Assembly: GCA_040954595.2 (NCBI GenBank)
Contig: CM082583.2
Location: 11,694,636 to 11,758,635 of the forward strand
DNA: 64,000 nucleotides
Direction: 5' to 3'
Origin: Balanoglossus misakiensis
Taxonomy: Eukaryota > Animalia > Hemichordata
Shown: piece by piece, positions 1 through 27,435 of the stretch
Numbering within the stretch: the stretch's first letter is position 1
Layout: each line of letters begins with the position of its first letter
Made by a program: the position numbers and the translations under genes
The notes under the pieces: generated by a model
What the model saw: the letters and a program-made list of their open reading frames with translations, nothing else
Database searches by the model: none
What the model was told of the DNA's origin: nothing

Positions 1-1273
1 AGATGTAATTAAATACTTATTATATATAAAAGGCAACAAGTTCTGCTGTATAATACTTTATATTGCAGTGAGGCTATTTTTCATTTAAACTGAGGTGAAA
101 GGGTTAAAGACTACATATGTGTGGGCCTGATCCGATGTGTAGGCTTGAAAACTATGTGCGTCTTCTATTCAAGGCTTTTACTCAAAAATATAATGTGTAC
201 ACAAACATTTGTCACAGTTGCATGACATGTACCCTAAAAAAATCCATTTAAAGATGATGGAATGCACTACGCCGCGCTAGGGTGCCACCAGGATTGTTGG
301 CTGTAAACATTTACACGTAACTCAGCTGACAGACCACAATCACGTTCATGATGTTTGTGTACTATATTCGCTACATTGTAAATGATACTGTAACTAAACT
401 TGAATGTTGAAAGTTCATAATGTGTTAAGCTAGACTCGAAGTAAGTGAGAACCTATTCAAATTGTTTCTTCCCTGAACGCCATCTTGTCTTTAGCATACA
501 TTTCCCTGATCTATATATATACAGCATACACACAACCATACATACAATAGTTAAAGCAGATTCACATTATCCATATATAACAAATGGGTGATTTTTCTAA
601 CAAAACAGTTTGATTTTAGCAAAAATCAAAGCGTTTCACTAGCAGCTAGATCTACATTGTGTTCACCCACTTTTCTATTGGTGCTCAACTTCTTTTTGTT
701 TAAGTTTACAAACAGTCTCTTCAACCACAGTCCCTTTATTACATGGTCAAGAAACACCACTGGACGGCCTTTGTTCTAATCTAAGGTATCAATCACCTAC
801 TCCGTAAAACAAGAGCGTGATATTGGTTTGCCATCACACATCACATACATACAAGTATAAGAAGTAAAAAGTTAGTATTCTGAAGCCAATTAAGGCAGTG
901 CAATATTCCATGTGATCCCTTTTGTGTTATATTGTAACTACAAAGAATACAGCACGCAATAACCCATTACAATTCTTTACATTTCTCGAGAGTTTGACAT
1001 TTCTACAGAACTCAACAAAAATGGGTCAAAAAAACACTTAAAAATCTAAAGTCACCCATAGAAACTCTATAAACTTCACTACGACTTCTATACGCTCCAG
1101 AATTCTATATATGTCTCTAGAATGTTTGTGTAAGAAAAAATTTAATTACAATTAAGTCTCACTTTAATTGGGAATTAAAGTGAAAGATGTTTTCCCAGAT
1201 AAGATCTGCCAACATGTCATCTAATTTGCTCAGAGCCATTTGTGAATGCAGGCATAATCTGTCAACATTTCGA

Positions 1274-8895
<7,622 letters not shown>

Positions 8896-10738
8896 TTCTT
8901 CATCAGTGAACTCGTAGGGATGGCGGGATCCTCACCGTGAAGATCGAAGCAACTCGCGACTGCCAGATGTTTGAGAACGATCCACACGGTTAATAATTGG
9001 GATTTCGGAGGAAATACGACCCACACATCCTTTGGCTTTATGTCGACCAACGCAGAAAACGGCTTTGCGCGGTGTCTGTGTATGGTACATCCACATCCAT
9101 GGCCTTTCCAATCCGCGATGGATGGTGATTTGTTGCTAGGTCGTCACGAAAAAAAGGAGACACGGCATCTGTCGATATCCTCGATAAAAGTAAGAATTTC
9201 CTTGAAACGTTCTGACCTGCATTCACTGTGCAATGATAGTGATAGAGCAGAGACAGTTTCTAGGTAGAAAACGATTTCTTGCCACTGTGCTCACTCTGTG
9301 ATGAAATGATGTCGTCATAAATAAAATAGCCAGCTAACCAATCTTGAATTGCCAACTTGTCATGTGACACCATGGTGATGTATATTACCAGACTAACGTA
9401 TACCACCTTCGGAGTTTAATACTCATCTGAATTGAATTGAATTTTCTTTTCAAGCAGCTGTATGCATCGATTTACGACTGTATATATATGCAAAAATACA
9501 CCCGATGTTATATCAACAGATATCCCGGCTCCCCCGGCTGAAAATGGAACCTTCTCACTCCGCTTGCTCCAGTTTCAATCTCAATGGATGGAGAAAAGGA
9601 TGGAAATTACTGGTACCACTAGATTTAAGATTAGCTCACATGAATAATTAGTGAGGAATCAGCTGACGTTTGGGGAGAAAAGTATTTGCTATGGAAATGG
9701 AGAATGATTTATTCAAGGCTTTCAGGGCTAAGAGGTCAATAATGAGCTTCAATCACTCCAATCATAATCCACTACATTCACCATATTGTAATACATTATT
9801 TTATTACTGATTTATATATCCATTCAATATTTCCTTTTTTCCATTTTTACATGCATGTTTTTACCTGAAAAAAAATCAACCTTGAATCTTACTTCCTTTA
9901 ACAGTTGTTGTAAATATGGAAAAGGTGAATTTTTTTTATGTGATCATTTTAGCTCATGTGTGTTCACACACGTGAGCTGATGTCATGCCAATTTCTATGT
10001 GTGTCCGTCCGCTAAATGCAATATTGACACTTTCCCCATATGCAAAATACAATACTGACACTTTCACTATAAGTTTTCAAATCATCAATAAACAATTTCA
10101 ACCAACAAAATTTCATAGCAATAAAAGTACTGTAGTTTCTGACAAATCAACTTGTTTAAAACTCGCAAACCCTAAAAACACCAAATGATTTCAACACATC
10201 TGAAAGAGCCAAACCCTGTATACTCTCACATTAAATTAGATAGTGTTTTTTTAGAGAAATGTTTACCTACCAAAAATGAAGAAAATGACAAAAAATTGCT
10301 AAAAATAAATAAGTTGTAATACCAGCAGAAAATGAAAAACGGCTATATAAAGTCTATCCAACGTACACGCACACTAATTTTCGAGGTTGTCTACCAGTAG
10401 TACTGAATTAGTTTTGTCTATTTATTCCAGCTCATTTGAACCAAATCCTAGCAATAACATATGTTTACATGTACAAAATATGATGGTGATATATGCTGGG
10501 TTTGTTTCAGTGGACGGACATACATACACACCATGATACATACATACATGTCATATACATGTATACACACACATACACACTTGGGATTGGAGTGTTCAAA
10601 GTTTGATGACAGAAAGTATGTTAATTAATTTGAATAAGCTGGTTGTTCCAAGCCGTTTTTATGTAAATATAGCTAGAAAACCTGATGATAGGGGTGAAAG
10701 GTTATAATTTCAGTTACATGTTATGACAGGATGGAATC

Positions 10739-13700
10739 TTATGAGTAAAATGTAAGAACACTGGTCTGGTTTCCTCTCATGAGAAGAATTGGAGGCAGGT
10801 CTTTCGATAATGTCTCTAACCAACTCATGTAGAGATATGATGAAACGGTTTTCTTCCTTGGCATTGGAAGGGACCTGAAATGTGGACAAGGAAAACAAGT
10901 TTTATAACATTAATTGTTTCTTGGAGTTATGATACATCATTATTGTATGTACCAGAGACAGCTTTGTCGGAGAAATCTATTTTTAAATATAAACTACACT
11001 CAGAAGCTAATATAATTATATATAGTATACTTACATTACAATAAGTTTGGCATCTTTCGAATGATGATGAAGTAATTCACCCAGACGTATTTGACGATTT
11101 GTCTATAAAGGAGAAATCAATAAAACCAGATGAGAACAATTTGAAAGAAGTCAATCGTTGATGGATGGATGGATAGATGACAATGGAAAATCACCCTATA
11201 TCACCCTATCTGATAAGCTAAGCTTCAATCACAGTGGAGATAAAAACATAGCAATTGGCAAATTTACCTTGTCCTTCAGTGACTGCAGACTTTCCGTGGT
11301 TATTTTCCATGGACATTCTTCCTCTGTTTCTTCAGCATTTGTGTCTAACATGTACGGCTGTATAAGTTCTTCAAAGCGTCTGATGCTGAGTATAATAACA
11401 AAGACATGGAATGATAATATGTAGTCTCTCAATATAGCGGTCACATCCCTAAGAGTCACAGGTGAGGAGGGAGAGAGTGGGGGAATCATGAGTCAAAGTA
11501 TAAATATGAAAAGCTTGTTACTTCAAAAAACTTCAATTGTACAGGTATAACTGCATGACTTGACTGATGGGTATGGAAATGATATTATTTGTAAATTCTC
11601 ACAACAAAATGTCTAGGATGTTATTAATACCTTTCTTTCTGTGGTTTCTTGTTAATGTCTGGTAAAATTTCCACAGCTGAGTAGTCAATGCGGAATTTCG
11701 TCAACATGCTTGCCATGCTGAAAAAAAGAAAATTACAACATTAAACTCCCTTAGCTGCCACAAACGCCGGTAAGTATCTACATCAGTCCACCTCATGTTT
11801 TTTGAGCACCCAGTACCCCCAACTTGAAAATGACATTTTCCTTGAGTGTTAATCATACAACATTACAGAAATGTGTGTGTCAGTGTGTTTGGCAAATAAC
11901 AGCTACTAATAAGTTCTTACGTCATTTTATCCCTGTCAATTTGGTCAGCCTTTCCACTGGTAAATACTCTTAATTTACAGTTTTCCCACTGGGATCTCAT
12001 GGATATGATATGAGGTACGAGAAGGGTCAAACCTGTTGATGAAAAGTAATTTTTACGAAACAGCATCAATAACACTACACTTTCATTAATTAATTGCAGT
12101 AATACGTAACATGAAATCAAAAGAATGATTGCAGTACAAAAATTTCAGTTCCAAAAATCTTCTCAACCACCTCTCAGGATATTAAAGCTGCATACAGTAC
12201 TGGTTCCATGATATATTATTCTTGTGGAAGTTTTCAAGAATGAAATGATTACAGTCTTACAGTACTTACCCCCATCATCAAACAACCACCAAACATCGAT
12301 GGTGCCCTTTCCCTGTTTCTCTTGAAACAACTTATGAGTTTTGATAACATCCCTGATTTGTTCTCCTTTAACCAATTTGGTGCTACTTGGTAAGTTTTTC
12401 GATCTGTCTGTCGTGTCTTTTTCATCAGCCTTGATGTGATTATTGTCCAATAACCGTTCTCGAGCTGCAGTATCATTTGAATCTGTTGGAAGATCATAAA
12501 AACCCATCATATATCACTTGGAAACTATTTAAATTTTCCTGGAATGTCCAGGAGTAATTTTTTTTACAAATTTGCAAGGATTAACCAGGAGTTGTTTTAA
12601 TTCACTTACCGTTCACTACATCATCTTGCTCACCAATTTCCAAAGCACTAGAAATGTCCAAACCCTCTTTCAATCTTAAAATGCAAACCCCATAAGAAAT
12701 ATCAAACGCAGAGCTGTTGAAAAAGGAAAAAATATCACGTCAAAATGGTAGGTCAAAGGTCATCACAAATACTGCCAATTTGAAAATAATTTGAGCAATT
12801 ACATACAACATGCAAAAACTGTATTTGTCAGTATATGCAGTGAGACACGCAAATATACTGCAAGCTGCTAGACTTACTGTATGATATTAACATATTCCTC
12901 CACATTGGCTGCATTATCTGTCTGCCAGTTATTCTTGAAACCGAGGAACAATGTGTTTGGTTTCAGTTTTCCAACACCACTAACCTGTAATATAAAAAGG
13001 AAAACTAATATATTCTAAACTGAGATAATATAAATCACAAATTCTCAGACTGGATATATTGAACAGACCACATTATTCGTATACAATATAGAAAGATAGA
13101 AATGAATATCTCACCTGCATCAGAGTTTCTACACCAGTCAATAAGCTAGGAGCACAAGTACATGAAAAGAATGCTTTCATTCGCTCCTTTTTCAACCATG
13201 AGTTTTGGTAGTCAGACATTAACGTAGGCAAGTGCTGTTTCTGTTCACCCTTTAACAAGAAAAGAAAATGTAAAACTTTAATTACATGAACTGCCATATA
13301 TGGTATTACTCACTAAGCAGAGATAACAGTCTAACATGCATTACCTTCAAGACATGTCCACAGATCATCAAGCTAGTGTTCTTAGTCAGATGATTAACAA
13401 AATGTACCAGTGCAGGTCGACAGTTGGGTGCTCCACTCAACACTAAACACTGTGGTCTGAAAGAAGAATACATGTAGGATACAGTTTAAATACTGTCATA
13501 TCACAAACACACACATACACGCATGTATATATACACACATACATGGTTCAAGGGACTAAAACTTGCCTCAAAAATATGAATACATGTAAGCAAATTTGAC
13601 AGTACCGTAGATGTAAATGACAGTAACATGTACCTGAAATTCTTCACATGTTGTGGAATGTTGTTCAGTTTCATTGTTGATTGTAATGATTGAGTGTAAA

Positions 13701-16700
13701 TAAATGCCTGTGTTGATGAACCCCAATTGATTTCTGAAAACAATCAGATGAATTTAACATGGAAATGAACGTGTTGTTGAATGTGAAATGTTTTGACATA
13801 ATAGTAATGCCTCCATTCCTCATGTGACCGAAATTTTGGATTTCACTGGATGCTTTTTAAAAACATAACAGATGGCACCATTATGGTATTAAAACAGTGA
13901 CAAATATTTAAGATATACAACGCAGAATTTCTTGAACGACAGCTTAACATGCATAGTCTAGAGATCGGACATTACCTGGCTTCGTGTGGTTCACATAGAG
14001 ATACAATGCTCCAACAATCACAATGGTTAATAATGCTGCCCACCAGTTGATCAAAAACATGACACACATGCACAACAATGAAGCCACCAATGCCAACCAC
14101 ATGTTGTAGAATCGAAATCCAGGACGCCAACCTGGAAACAGAAACATACATCAGTTACAAAATAGACACTACATTCAGACTGAATGCCTGCACGCAAGAA
14201 TTAACATTTACAGAGACTGTCATTCTTACCTGGTGGTCTTGCTAGTGATGCCGAGAAACAGGAAAAGTTAATCAAAGCATATGACATCAAAAAGAAGACT
14301 GATATGATCGGTGCTATATGATTCAGTTCACCTGAGAGAAAATAGAAAGTATAAAATAAGTATTAACACATTGAAACATTAATGAAGTTCCAGATAAGTG
14401 ACCTACTGACAGATACAGCTCTGCTATGATACTTTGTATTTAAGGAGACTACAATGTCTTCGAAAGCTTCTGCTTTAGTACCAATTACATGTCCTTGATC
14501 TTAGAGTGCTGTCAAACTCTAGTTCATATTCTATTGAAGATCAGCATGGCTACACTGCTATTTCCTTACAAAAGTGTAACCTTACCTATCAGGATAAACG
14601 TTACAGCAATGATAAATGTCAATATGTAAGCTCTTCGTGGTTCATTATTAGGACCAACACCTTGGGCGAAGTAGTCAATTTTCGGGAAGATTTCGTCTTT
14701 GCATACAGCCTATTATTTAGAAAAAAAGATTAAAGCAAATTATTTCATTGAACAGGTAATTAATTAATTTATGCCGAGTGCAAAATCGGGCACACTTTTC
14801 TCGCAGACATCAGAAAGATGTGAGAAGGAATTTACCTGGAAAACTTTAGGTGCACCAACCATACTGGCTAGAGCTGATGATAATGTAGCTGAGAAAACAC
14901 CTGCATATATGATTGGACTCCACGCAGACACCAGTTGTACAACCTGCAAGATAATCAAGGAAAAAAGTCTTCAAACACTTCATACATTATAAAACAGGAA
15001 AAGAAGACTGAAAAATCGCAGCTAGCAAATGCAAGGGCTTGGGGCAGTAATTACCTGCATGTCATTGAGAAGTCCATAGTCACATTGCTCATATGAACAT
15101 ATTGTGGTGAAATTACTGCTAACCATATCTTCAATATAACCAGTAGCTTCACGGACAACACATGAACCAATAATCACTGCCATACCAACATATACAGAGG
15201 TACTGATGAGAATAGCCAATAAAGTGCCTTTGGGTATGGCACTTTGTGCATCCTGAAAGAAATAACAGCACACAAATATTTTTTCATGACAGTACATGGG
15301 TGCATATGTAGTCATAGACCCTGATCCCTGTGCCAAGATTGACAAGTGTAAACACAGCAGGAGGAAGGTAGGAAATGTCAGATTGTTACTTACTGCTAAA
15401 TCTCCTGAAATGTTGGCACCTGCAAGGATACCAGTGGCTGCTGGAAAGAATATTGAAAACACAGAAAAGAACTGGTGTCCACCACTGAATGAGGGTGTCA
15501 AATTATCAATAAAAATAGTCCCTGAAAAAAAGAATAAAAAACGTGAGTAGTGTATTATATCATTTTTTATCATGTAAAAATTCTAAATGGAGCAAGAGGT
15601 ACTGTAAACTGAAAACTAGCATCAAGGACATGTTGACAACTTGCTTTCACTGTACTAAAAGCTAACACAAGACAATTATAGTAATGATGAGGTAATGTTT
15701 TTGTAATGTGGACCTTACCTCGATAACCAATAAAACCCCTTGCTATTTCTGTTTCAGATGGTGGTATAAAAGTGCCAATAACAAAATCTAAGATGGCAAT
15801 TATCAGAATTACCAGCAATACTAACTGGGCCTGAAAGAGAAAAAATATGAACACAACATAAGCATTGCTTGTGCATTTGTCTTTCATATAGGTTAAGTAA
15901 TAGAGTTACTGGCAATGCATAATGGCCTTACCCTGGATTCCCATGCCATTCCAACTAGGGAGATTCCTAGAAGTAGAATTACAGTGAGAATTCCAATTAT
16001 CCTGATATCATTGGTATCATCCACAATCTGAACGTTGTGTTCCTGTCAAAGAAAGCAAGATTTTACAATTTAGCTAGGTGTGAAAATGTGCTTATTCGCT
16101 AAAATGCATCCCGCTAAATCAAAGTGTTTTACAGTATATGTGTATTACCTTCATAAGATCTCTGACAGTTTCTGCAAAACCAACAACATACATTGCAACA
16201 GCAACAGCATTAGCCAGAGAAAATATCAAACCAATAGCACCTCCAAACTCTGGACCTAAACTTCTTGAAATCATATAGTAAGCACCACCTGCAGAGATAA
16301 AACATTAATGGCTTAGTTTACATGTACATGTACATGTACATGGTGTGTGTGTGTGCATGCGTGTGATGTACTTATATGTCAGAAGTAAACTGTAAATATG
16401 ACGCGAGATATTAGTAGTTCATATATTTCACTATGGCTACATGTATATATTTCCTTACCTCCTTTGACTTCTCCATTAGTACAAATGGCTGACATAGATA
16501 GGGTAGTTAGAACAGTAACTACGGCTGATAACAGAATAATAAGCACAGCAAGACCTGGACAAAAGAAAAAAAGAGGCAGAACTTTAAGGATTTCATTTCC
16601 ACAAAGTAATTATGCATGATATGATTTCCTGTGAAGCAAAATGCTTGTTAATACACAGTGAAACCTGTCTATAAAGGACATTATCTTACCTATTCCAGCT

Positions 16701-17566
16701 TGGCCAACAACCCAAGATAATCTCAAAAACAACATCACACCCCAGATATTTAGAAGACATCTCACCTACAGACAAACATGAGAGTAATATTGTAAGATAC
16801 AAAAAGTGAAAAGTATTTTATTACAAATGATAAAAATAATGACTAAATAAACTAACCAATACGCCTTTAATCCAACCAAATTTTATAAGCTGTGACGTCA
16901 ACTGTGTTTGAACTTCTTCATGATGTATACTGTCTTTATACAGCAATGGATCTTCATTTTGTTCCTACAGGAAAAAACAAACAAACATTTGAATCCAATC
17001 AGTATCAGGATGCATGTATCAATTCCCAAGACAAATATCTTTTGGGAGATGTCTTCTCAGAGGATCCCACATTTATTTAGGTGAAGTGGTCTATCAATTT
17101 GTTGTGTAAAGCAGAGAATAAACTGTTGGAGTAGTTGCTGGACCATATTTATCATAAACAAACAGTAACTGACCTGTTCTTCATGCAGCTCTTGTAACGT
17201 TGGTCGACTTCGTACACCTTCTCCGCTTGTTGAGAAAACATTGCGATAATAACTTAAACTGGGTACAGCTTCATGTGTGTTGTGTCCAAACGTCATCATC
17301 TGTATAGAATCATCGCCGTTCGTTCGTGGAGACGTTGGTGATTTCGGCGAAGCTGAAGCATCGTCGCTCTCAGATGTTTTTGGAGTCCGGCCCGGTGACC
17401 TTACTTTTTCAAAGGGTTTGTCCGACGGGTTTTCACTCACGAATTCTACATGAAAACGTCCGTGTGGCTTTCGGCTGTCTGGTGGCCTAGGCTGTGGAGC
17501 GGAATTCTTCTCTCTTTCCTGGACTTCTGTCGGAATACCGCACTCGTCGACGTCGTTAACATCCAT
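10739..17566 (-). CDS. SLC12A2: Na-K-2Cl cotransporter (SLC12A1/2/3 family, NKCC1-like), about 24 coding exons
   Basis: Exon 1 (~17174-17566) has RFHV and [11 protein letters not shown]. Later exons give [89 protein letters not shown] and [12 protein letters not shown]. Last exon ends [22 protein letters not shown] at 10739. Orthology to a specific vertebrate paralogue is not resolved. Confidence 0.93.
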
Positions 17567-17599
17567 CTCAAACTCGGCGCTTACACATAGACTCTGGGT

Positions 17600-17790
17600 T
17601 TATCATCTATGGTTTACAGTAAAGTCAAGAACAGTGCAAGTACTGTACAATATTATGAATGGGACATTGTCAACTCTCGACGTCGACACCTCTGCCTGTG
17701 ACCTTTAACCTCAGGTACGTGGAAAACCGCCGTAGTGGGCGCGCGCCATTGCGGGTTCAAAGTTCAAAGGGCATGAAGGGGGCAATTTTT
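17600..17790 (-). promoter_or_regulatory. Putative SLC12 promoter
   Basis: CpG-rich patch (gggcgcgcgcc) with tgacctttaacct and ggttcaaagttcaaagggca nuclear-receptor half-site-like repeats, just upstream of ATG 17566. Confidence 0.4.
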
Positions 17791-18902
17791 TGGTGTGGTT
17801 TGTCTATGGAGCCTGACGAGAGAGAAAAAGCCAAGCCAAAATTTGGGGTACACAAAGGGTTAATGAAGGATGAAATACCCATGAATTTTCTTATGGGAAC
17901 AAACTTTTATTTAGTAGTGAAAAAAACACTTTACAACCTAAACATCTGCTGCCGCTAAAAGTTTATCCAACGTTCTGTAAAAGTGAAACCAAACTATTGT
18001 TAGTGATGCACTGGTTGGTATGGCATCACCCCATGCAAAGCTAAACATACCTGTCATTGATAAAAAGAAATTGACAGTCAAACTAATTTGGCACTTGATT
18101 AGACCTAGCTCATCCTCAGTACTATACTTTGGTGATTGCAGGGGTCTGCTTAAAGCATTTGAGTGTACTGCAGATGAGTTCAACTGCTGTTACACAATGG
18201 AGCAAATTGTAAACAAGAGAAATTAAAGTCTGACATGATCCAACTTAGCTTTATGTACTCATGGCACTAAAAATAACAAGGCCATATACATGTATCACAC
18301 TCTTTTAAGTAAATCCTGTTCGTCAATGATAAAAAAAACACTATAAAACCTATGTCAGAATGCTTTATAAAAACCTTGGCAGTGGCCCAAGCTTAGTACC
18401 ATCATTCAAAGTACTTTAAAACATATCTCTTAATAAAACCCAAACGTTCATACTTGTCACTCACTATACATGATCTTTGTAACTACCTTCTTTTTTTTTC
18501 TGGATGAATTAAAATGGTATAATCAATATAAAAATCTCTTTTGTACAATAAAATAAAGTTGGTTTATACTCTGTATAAAATATTCTTTGTAAGACTTCAT
18601 CTCTCTAGTTACATTCATTTCAAATGGTAGACATGATCAGTCCAAATTATGGAATTGTCTTTCACTTTGTGATCCATGATACTCGTTTGCACCAAAAAAT
18701 AATTAACATCACATATGGAACTGGAAAAAAAAATCAACTCATAAAGTAGGTTTCAATAATTTACAATTTAAATTATGAAAAAAAATATCAACGAAATGAA
18801 TATTCAGAACTGTTATCAGCCACTCCTTTGGTGACTCAGTTTTCTGAACTACCTTATATTACCGGTATATTTACCTTCTATATATTGTATACTAGCTTCT
18901 TT

Positions 18903-24263
<5,361 letters not shown>

Positions 24264-24299
24264 AATGTTCTGTTTACATCTTTCTCACTGTTTATGTCT

Positions 24300-25000
24300 G
24301 CAAAAAATAACACAAGATCGATATATAACTATGAATAAAAAATAAAGATTCGATAATGAAAGTGGAGGTATTTAAAATGCTTATGCGTACAGTGTACGCA
24401 ACCCGGGGTGCACGGTGCGCAACCCGAAAAATTAAAAAAAATAAAGAAATCATTGCCCATATGACAAAAAGTTTTGCGTGCTCAGAGGAAATTATGCGCC
24501 TTATGAAAAGTGTGTCACTGTGGTTTAAGCCTAAGTATGCAAATTAGTTCAAGTCCAGGGATTAAAAATTGCGTCTTCGGCTTCGAAGACGCTAGACGGG
24601 CATGCATCATCATGATCCTTATCCCGTTTGTAACACAAAAATCGTGCGAAATTGAGTGGCGCAAATTCAATTTACAGAGACGAAACTGTGGACTAACTAT
24701 TCAAAGATCAGTTAAAGGGAAATATGACGGTAACTGGTAGCACTAACGTATAATAAAATGCCTCCCACGCACCACTAAGCATCATGTGCCTACCTGTTGA
24801 ACGCAAAGAGATAAACATGGCAGATTAACAAGAACGATTCCAACACTTGATGGCGCCATTTATGCATTCAATACACGACTTTCCCGGATGTTAACGCACA
24901 TGCGGTGTGATACAATCAGCGTGAAAGATTGTGTAAAAGTTGACATTTCGGAAAGAGAATTCTCTTGTGGAAAAAGTAAAATTTTGGCCGGTGGCAGTAA
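24300..25000 (-). promoter_or_regulatory. Putative FGFR promoter and non-coding exon 1
   Basis: CpG enrichment, CAG|gtaggc donor at ~24793, and an acceptor at ~24298 ahead of ATG 24263. Confidence 0.4.
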
Positions 25001-25111
25001 CAGGTCTAGACACAGGGGGCACTCCCACCAGTCCATGCTTTGTATAGGTGATTTCATCCTATCCTATACATTTGTACTCTGCATGATTGCCATGGATGTC
25101 TGGTACTCTAT

Positions 25112-25112
25112 T

Positions 25113-25143
<31 letters not shown>
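25112..25143. repeat. (ATC)n microsatellite
   Basis: About 10 tandem atc units, between the inferred DENND4 poly(A) signal and the FGFR promoter. Confidence 0.9.
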
Positions 25144-25244
25144 CCACAGGGCTACTCATTGCCTTTGATGATAACCATCTCCTCAATCTTTCTTCAAATC
25201 TTTCACACAAAACATCACAAAAGTAATTATAAAACGTTTTAGAT

Positions 25245-25250
25245 TTTATT
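25245..25250 (-). terminator. Probable poly(A) signal of DENND4 (3'UTR ~2.2 kb)
   Basis: AATAAA on the minus strand, followed by a U/GU-rich tract (ttttgtgatgttttgtgtg). Confidence 0.5.
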
Positions 25251-26120
25251 GTTAAAATTTACATGCATGCAGTTGTCAAGATTTTTGCCAATCAACAGAA
25301 AAAGAATACCACATACAGGAATGCGTGTTACACATAAAAAAGGTCAAAAGGGTGACTTTTTCCCTTTAAGGTGCCAATGAATTGTTTCAATCAGGAATTC
25401 TTTGGGGATAGTGGAAAGGTTACATTGTTAATTCTCTTGTACTGTGTTACATTTACAACGTAAGAAATCTCACCAACCCAAAACGGCCATAACCACACAG
25501 TTTCATTGTGGACTGCACATACATAATATCACATGCAAATTATCAAGATCTTAAAATCACAAAAATGCATTATTGACCAGCTCATTTGGCAAGTTCAAAA
25601 CACCATTGATATATTTTCAGTGTTCCTTACATTATATTTGTCGTAATCAATATACACATACTTTCAAAATGTTAAAACTGAAATGTAAAAAGTGACTTCT
25701 GAAGGACTGATGCCTAGAACACAAATCAAGATCTCTCTCTCATTTTCTTTAATGCAAAAATACTAAGAATCCATTTGGCAAATGTCTGTATGCTTCAAAG
25801 TCCTTGGTAACCACCAAAGTTAAGTTTCAACACAATATATGAGTTTTAATTTATAGCTGAATGCCGTGTTTTGTATTTCAATTGACCACTTTACTATAGT
25901 ATTTTCTCACAATTTTTATACAAAACTTACCCTTTTCAAAAATTGCACAAATTCTACAGTTTCACTTGGACCAAAACGTTTGTCAATTGTTTAGTTTGTT
26001 TAGTCTAATCAGTCAAGCATCATATTTCTTGTTGTCCTTACGTTTCCTGTAGAGACAACAGGTACTTTCACCAGAGACCAATACAGACTTCAGAAGATGT
26101 GATCATCACCAATCAACAGT

Positions 26121-26213
26121 TTAACCCTTTCACCCCCAGTTCCCTCTTCAGAGGTCCAACCTTACCATAGAAAACAATGGGTTAGGACTGACCCATGGTA
26201 GTGATAGGGTTAA
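26121..26213. mobile_element. ~90-bp MITE, TTAA-CCCT...AGGG-TTAA (piggyBac-like ends), copy 1, in the inferred DENND4 3'UTR
   Basis: Terminal inverted repeats ttaaccctttcac / gtgatagggttaa. Internal sequence is shared with copies at 58710 and 60722. Confidence 0.75.
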
Positions 26214-27435
26214 TACAAAGAGTGAATGTTCCAGTTATCAACCGAGTAGTTATTTTTTCACAACAACACAACTGCAATGTCTCAAATTTCAACTTCTAAA
26301 AGATGTACATCAGGAAAAATAAGCAAAAAACAACAAACATATACACTGTCCTTACTCCCATAATGCAGATTTCTGCTTCTCCACTCAACAAATTGTTTAC
26401 ATAATCGTCAGAGTATTACAGTAGAATACATACTATCAATATGGAATAATAAAAAATATTTTCATGGTAGCCATAATTACATCAACATATTTCAAGCACA
26501 TACCAGCAGGCTGAACAAAAACAAACAAACAAATGAATCAAATACTTATAGCACCCTCCTTAAAAACTGATGAAGTATTCTTCTTGTAAACTAACTTTTT
26601 GATGAAGTATTCTAATTCAATATTACAAATGCTTGCAGAAGAAATGGCACAATATATTCACCACCTTTTGCCTTTCCCTGTATGAAAGCACACTATTTAA
26701 AACAACCTTTGAAATCATCAGAAACTTAATTGCATATCCTTTGAGAGAAGGTACATTTCAAACTAGGCTATCAAAATATAGAAGAGACCATATTTTCTTC
26801 CAATGCCACCTCTTTATCTACTAAACAAACTAATACTGATTTTGTTTATTTGCATCTTAGAGTACAAGCAAAAATGAGAAAAAATGTCTTGAACTGTACA
26901 ACATCAGAAAAAAAACCCTGAAAAGCATTCATTTACAATAGTTCACTGTCATTATTTTAGGTCGTCATCTACAAGATTATGTATACATTGTTATATGATT
27001 TACATACAAGGATTTGCAAACCCAAATTCAGGACTTAATTATTTTACATATGATTATAGCAGTAAATTTGTTCAGTTCATTTGTATACCTATTACATAAT
27101 TACATTTACATCTTTAAAAAAACAACCAAAAAAATCAAATTTGAAGAATGCCATTTGATAGAGTTTTCCTTATAGTCTTTCTTGCAAGAGTGCAAAAAAA
27201 AGAAGATAAAATAGCACTGTAGCTCAAGATCCATACATAATGAATACAAAATGTCTATCCCAAAAAACAAATGATATCTTGTCACCTATGTTTAGCATCT
27301 CTTAGCTCATAAAACTTGTGTGTCTTTTTCACTTAGGGCCTGGTACAAACAATATCATTTAAATTTCTTTGCGGTCAATGAAGAGAATTTTTTCTCTAAT
27401 CTTTCCACATTCACCAATCCGACTCTTGGCTTTCT

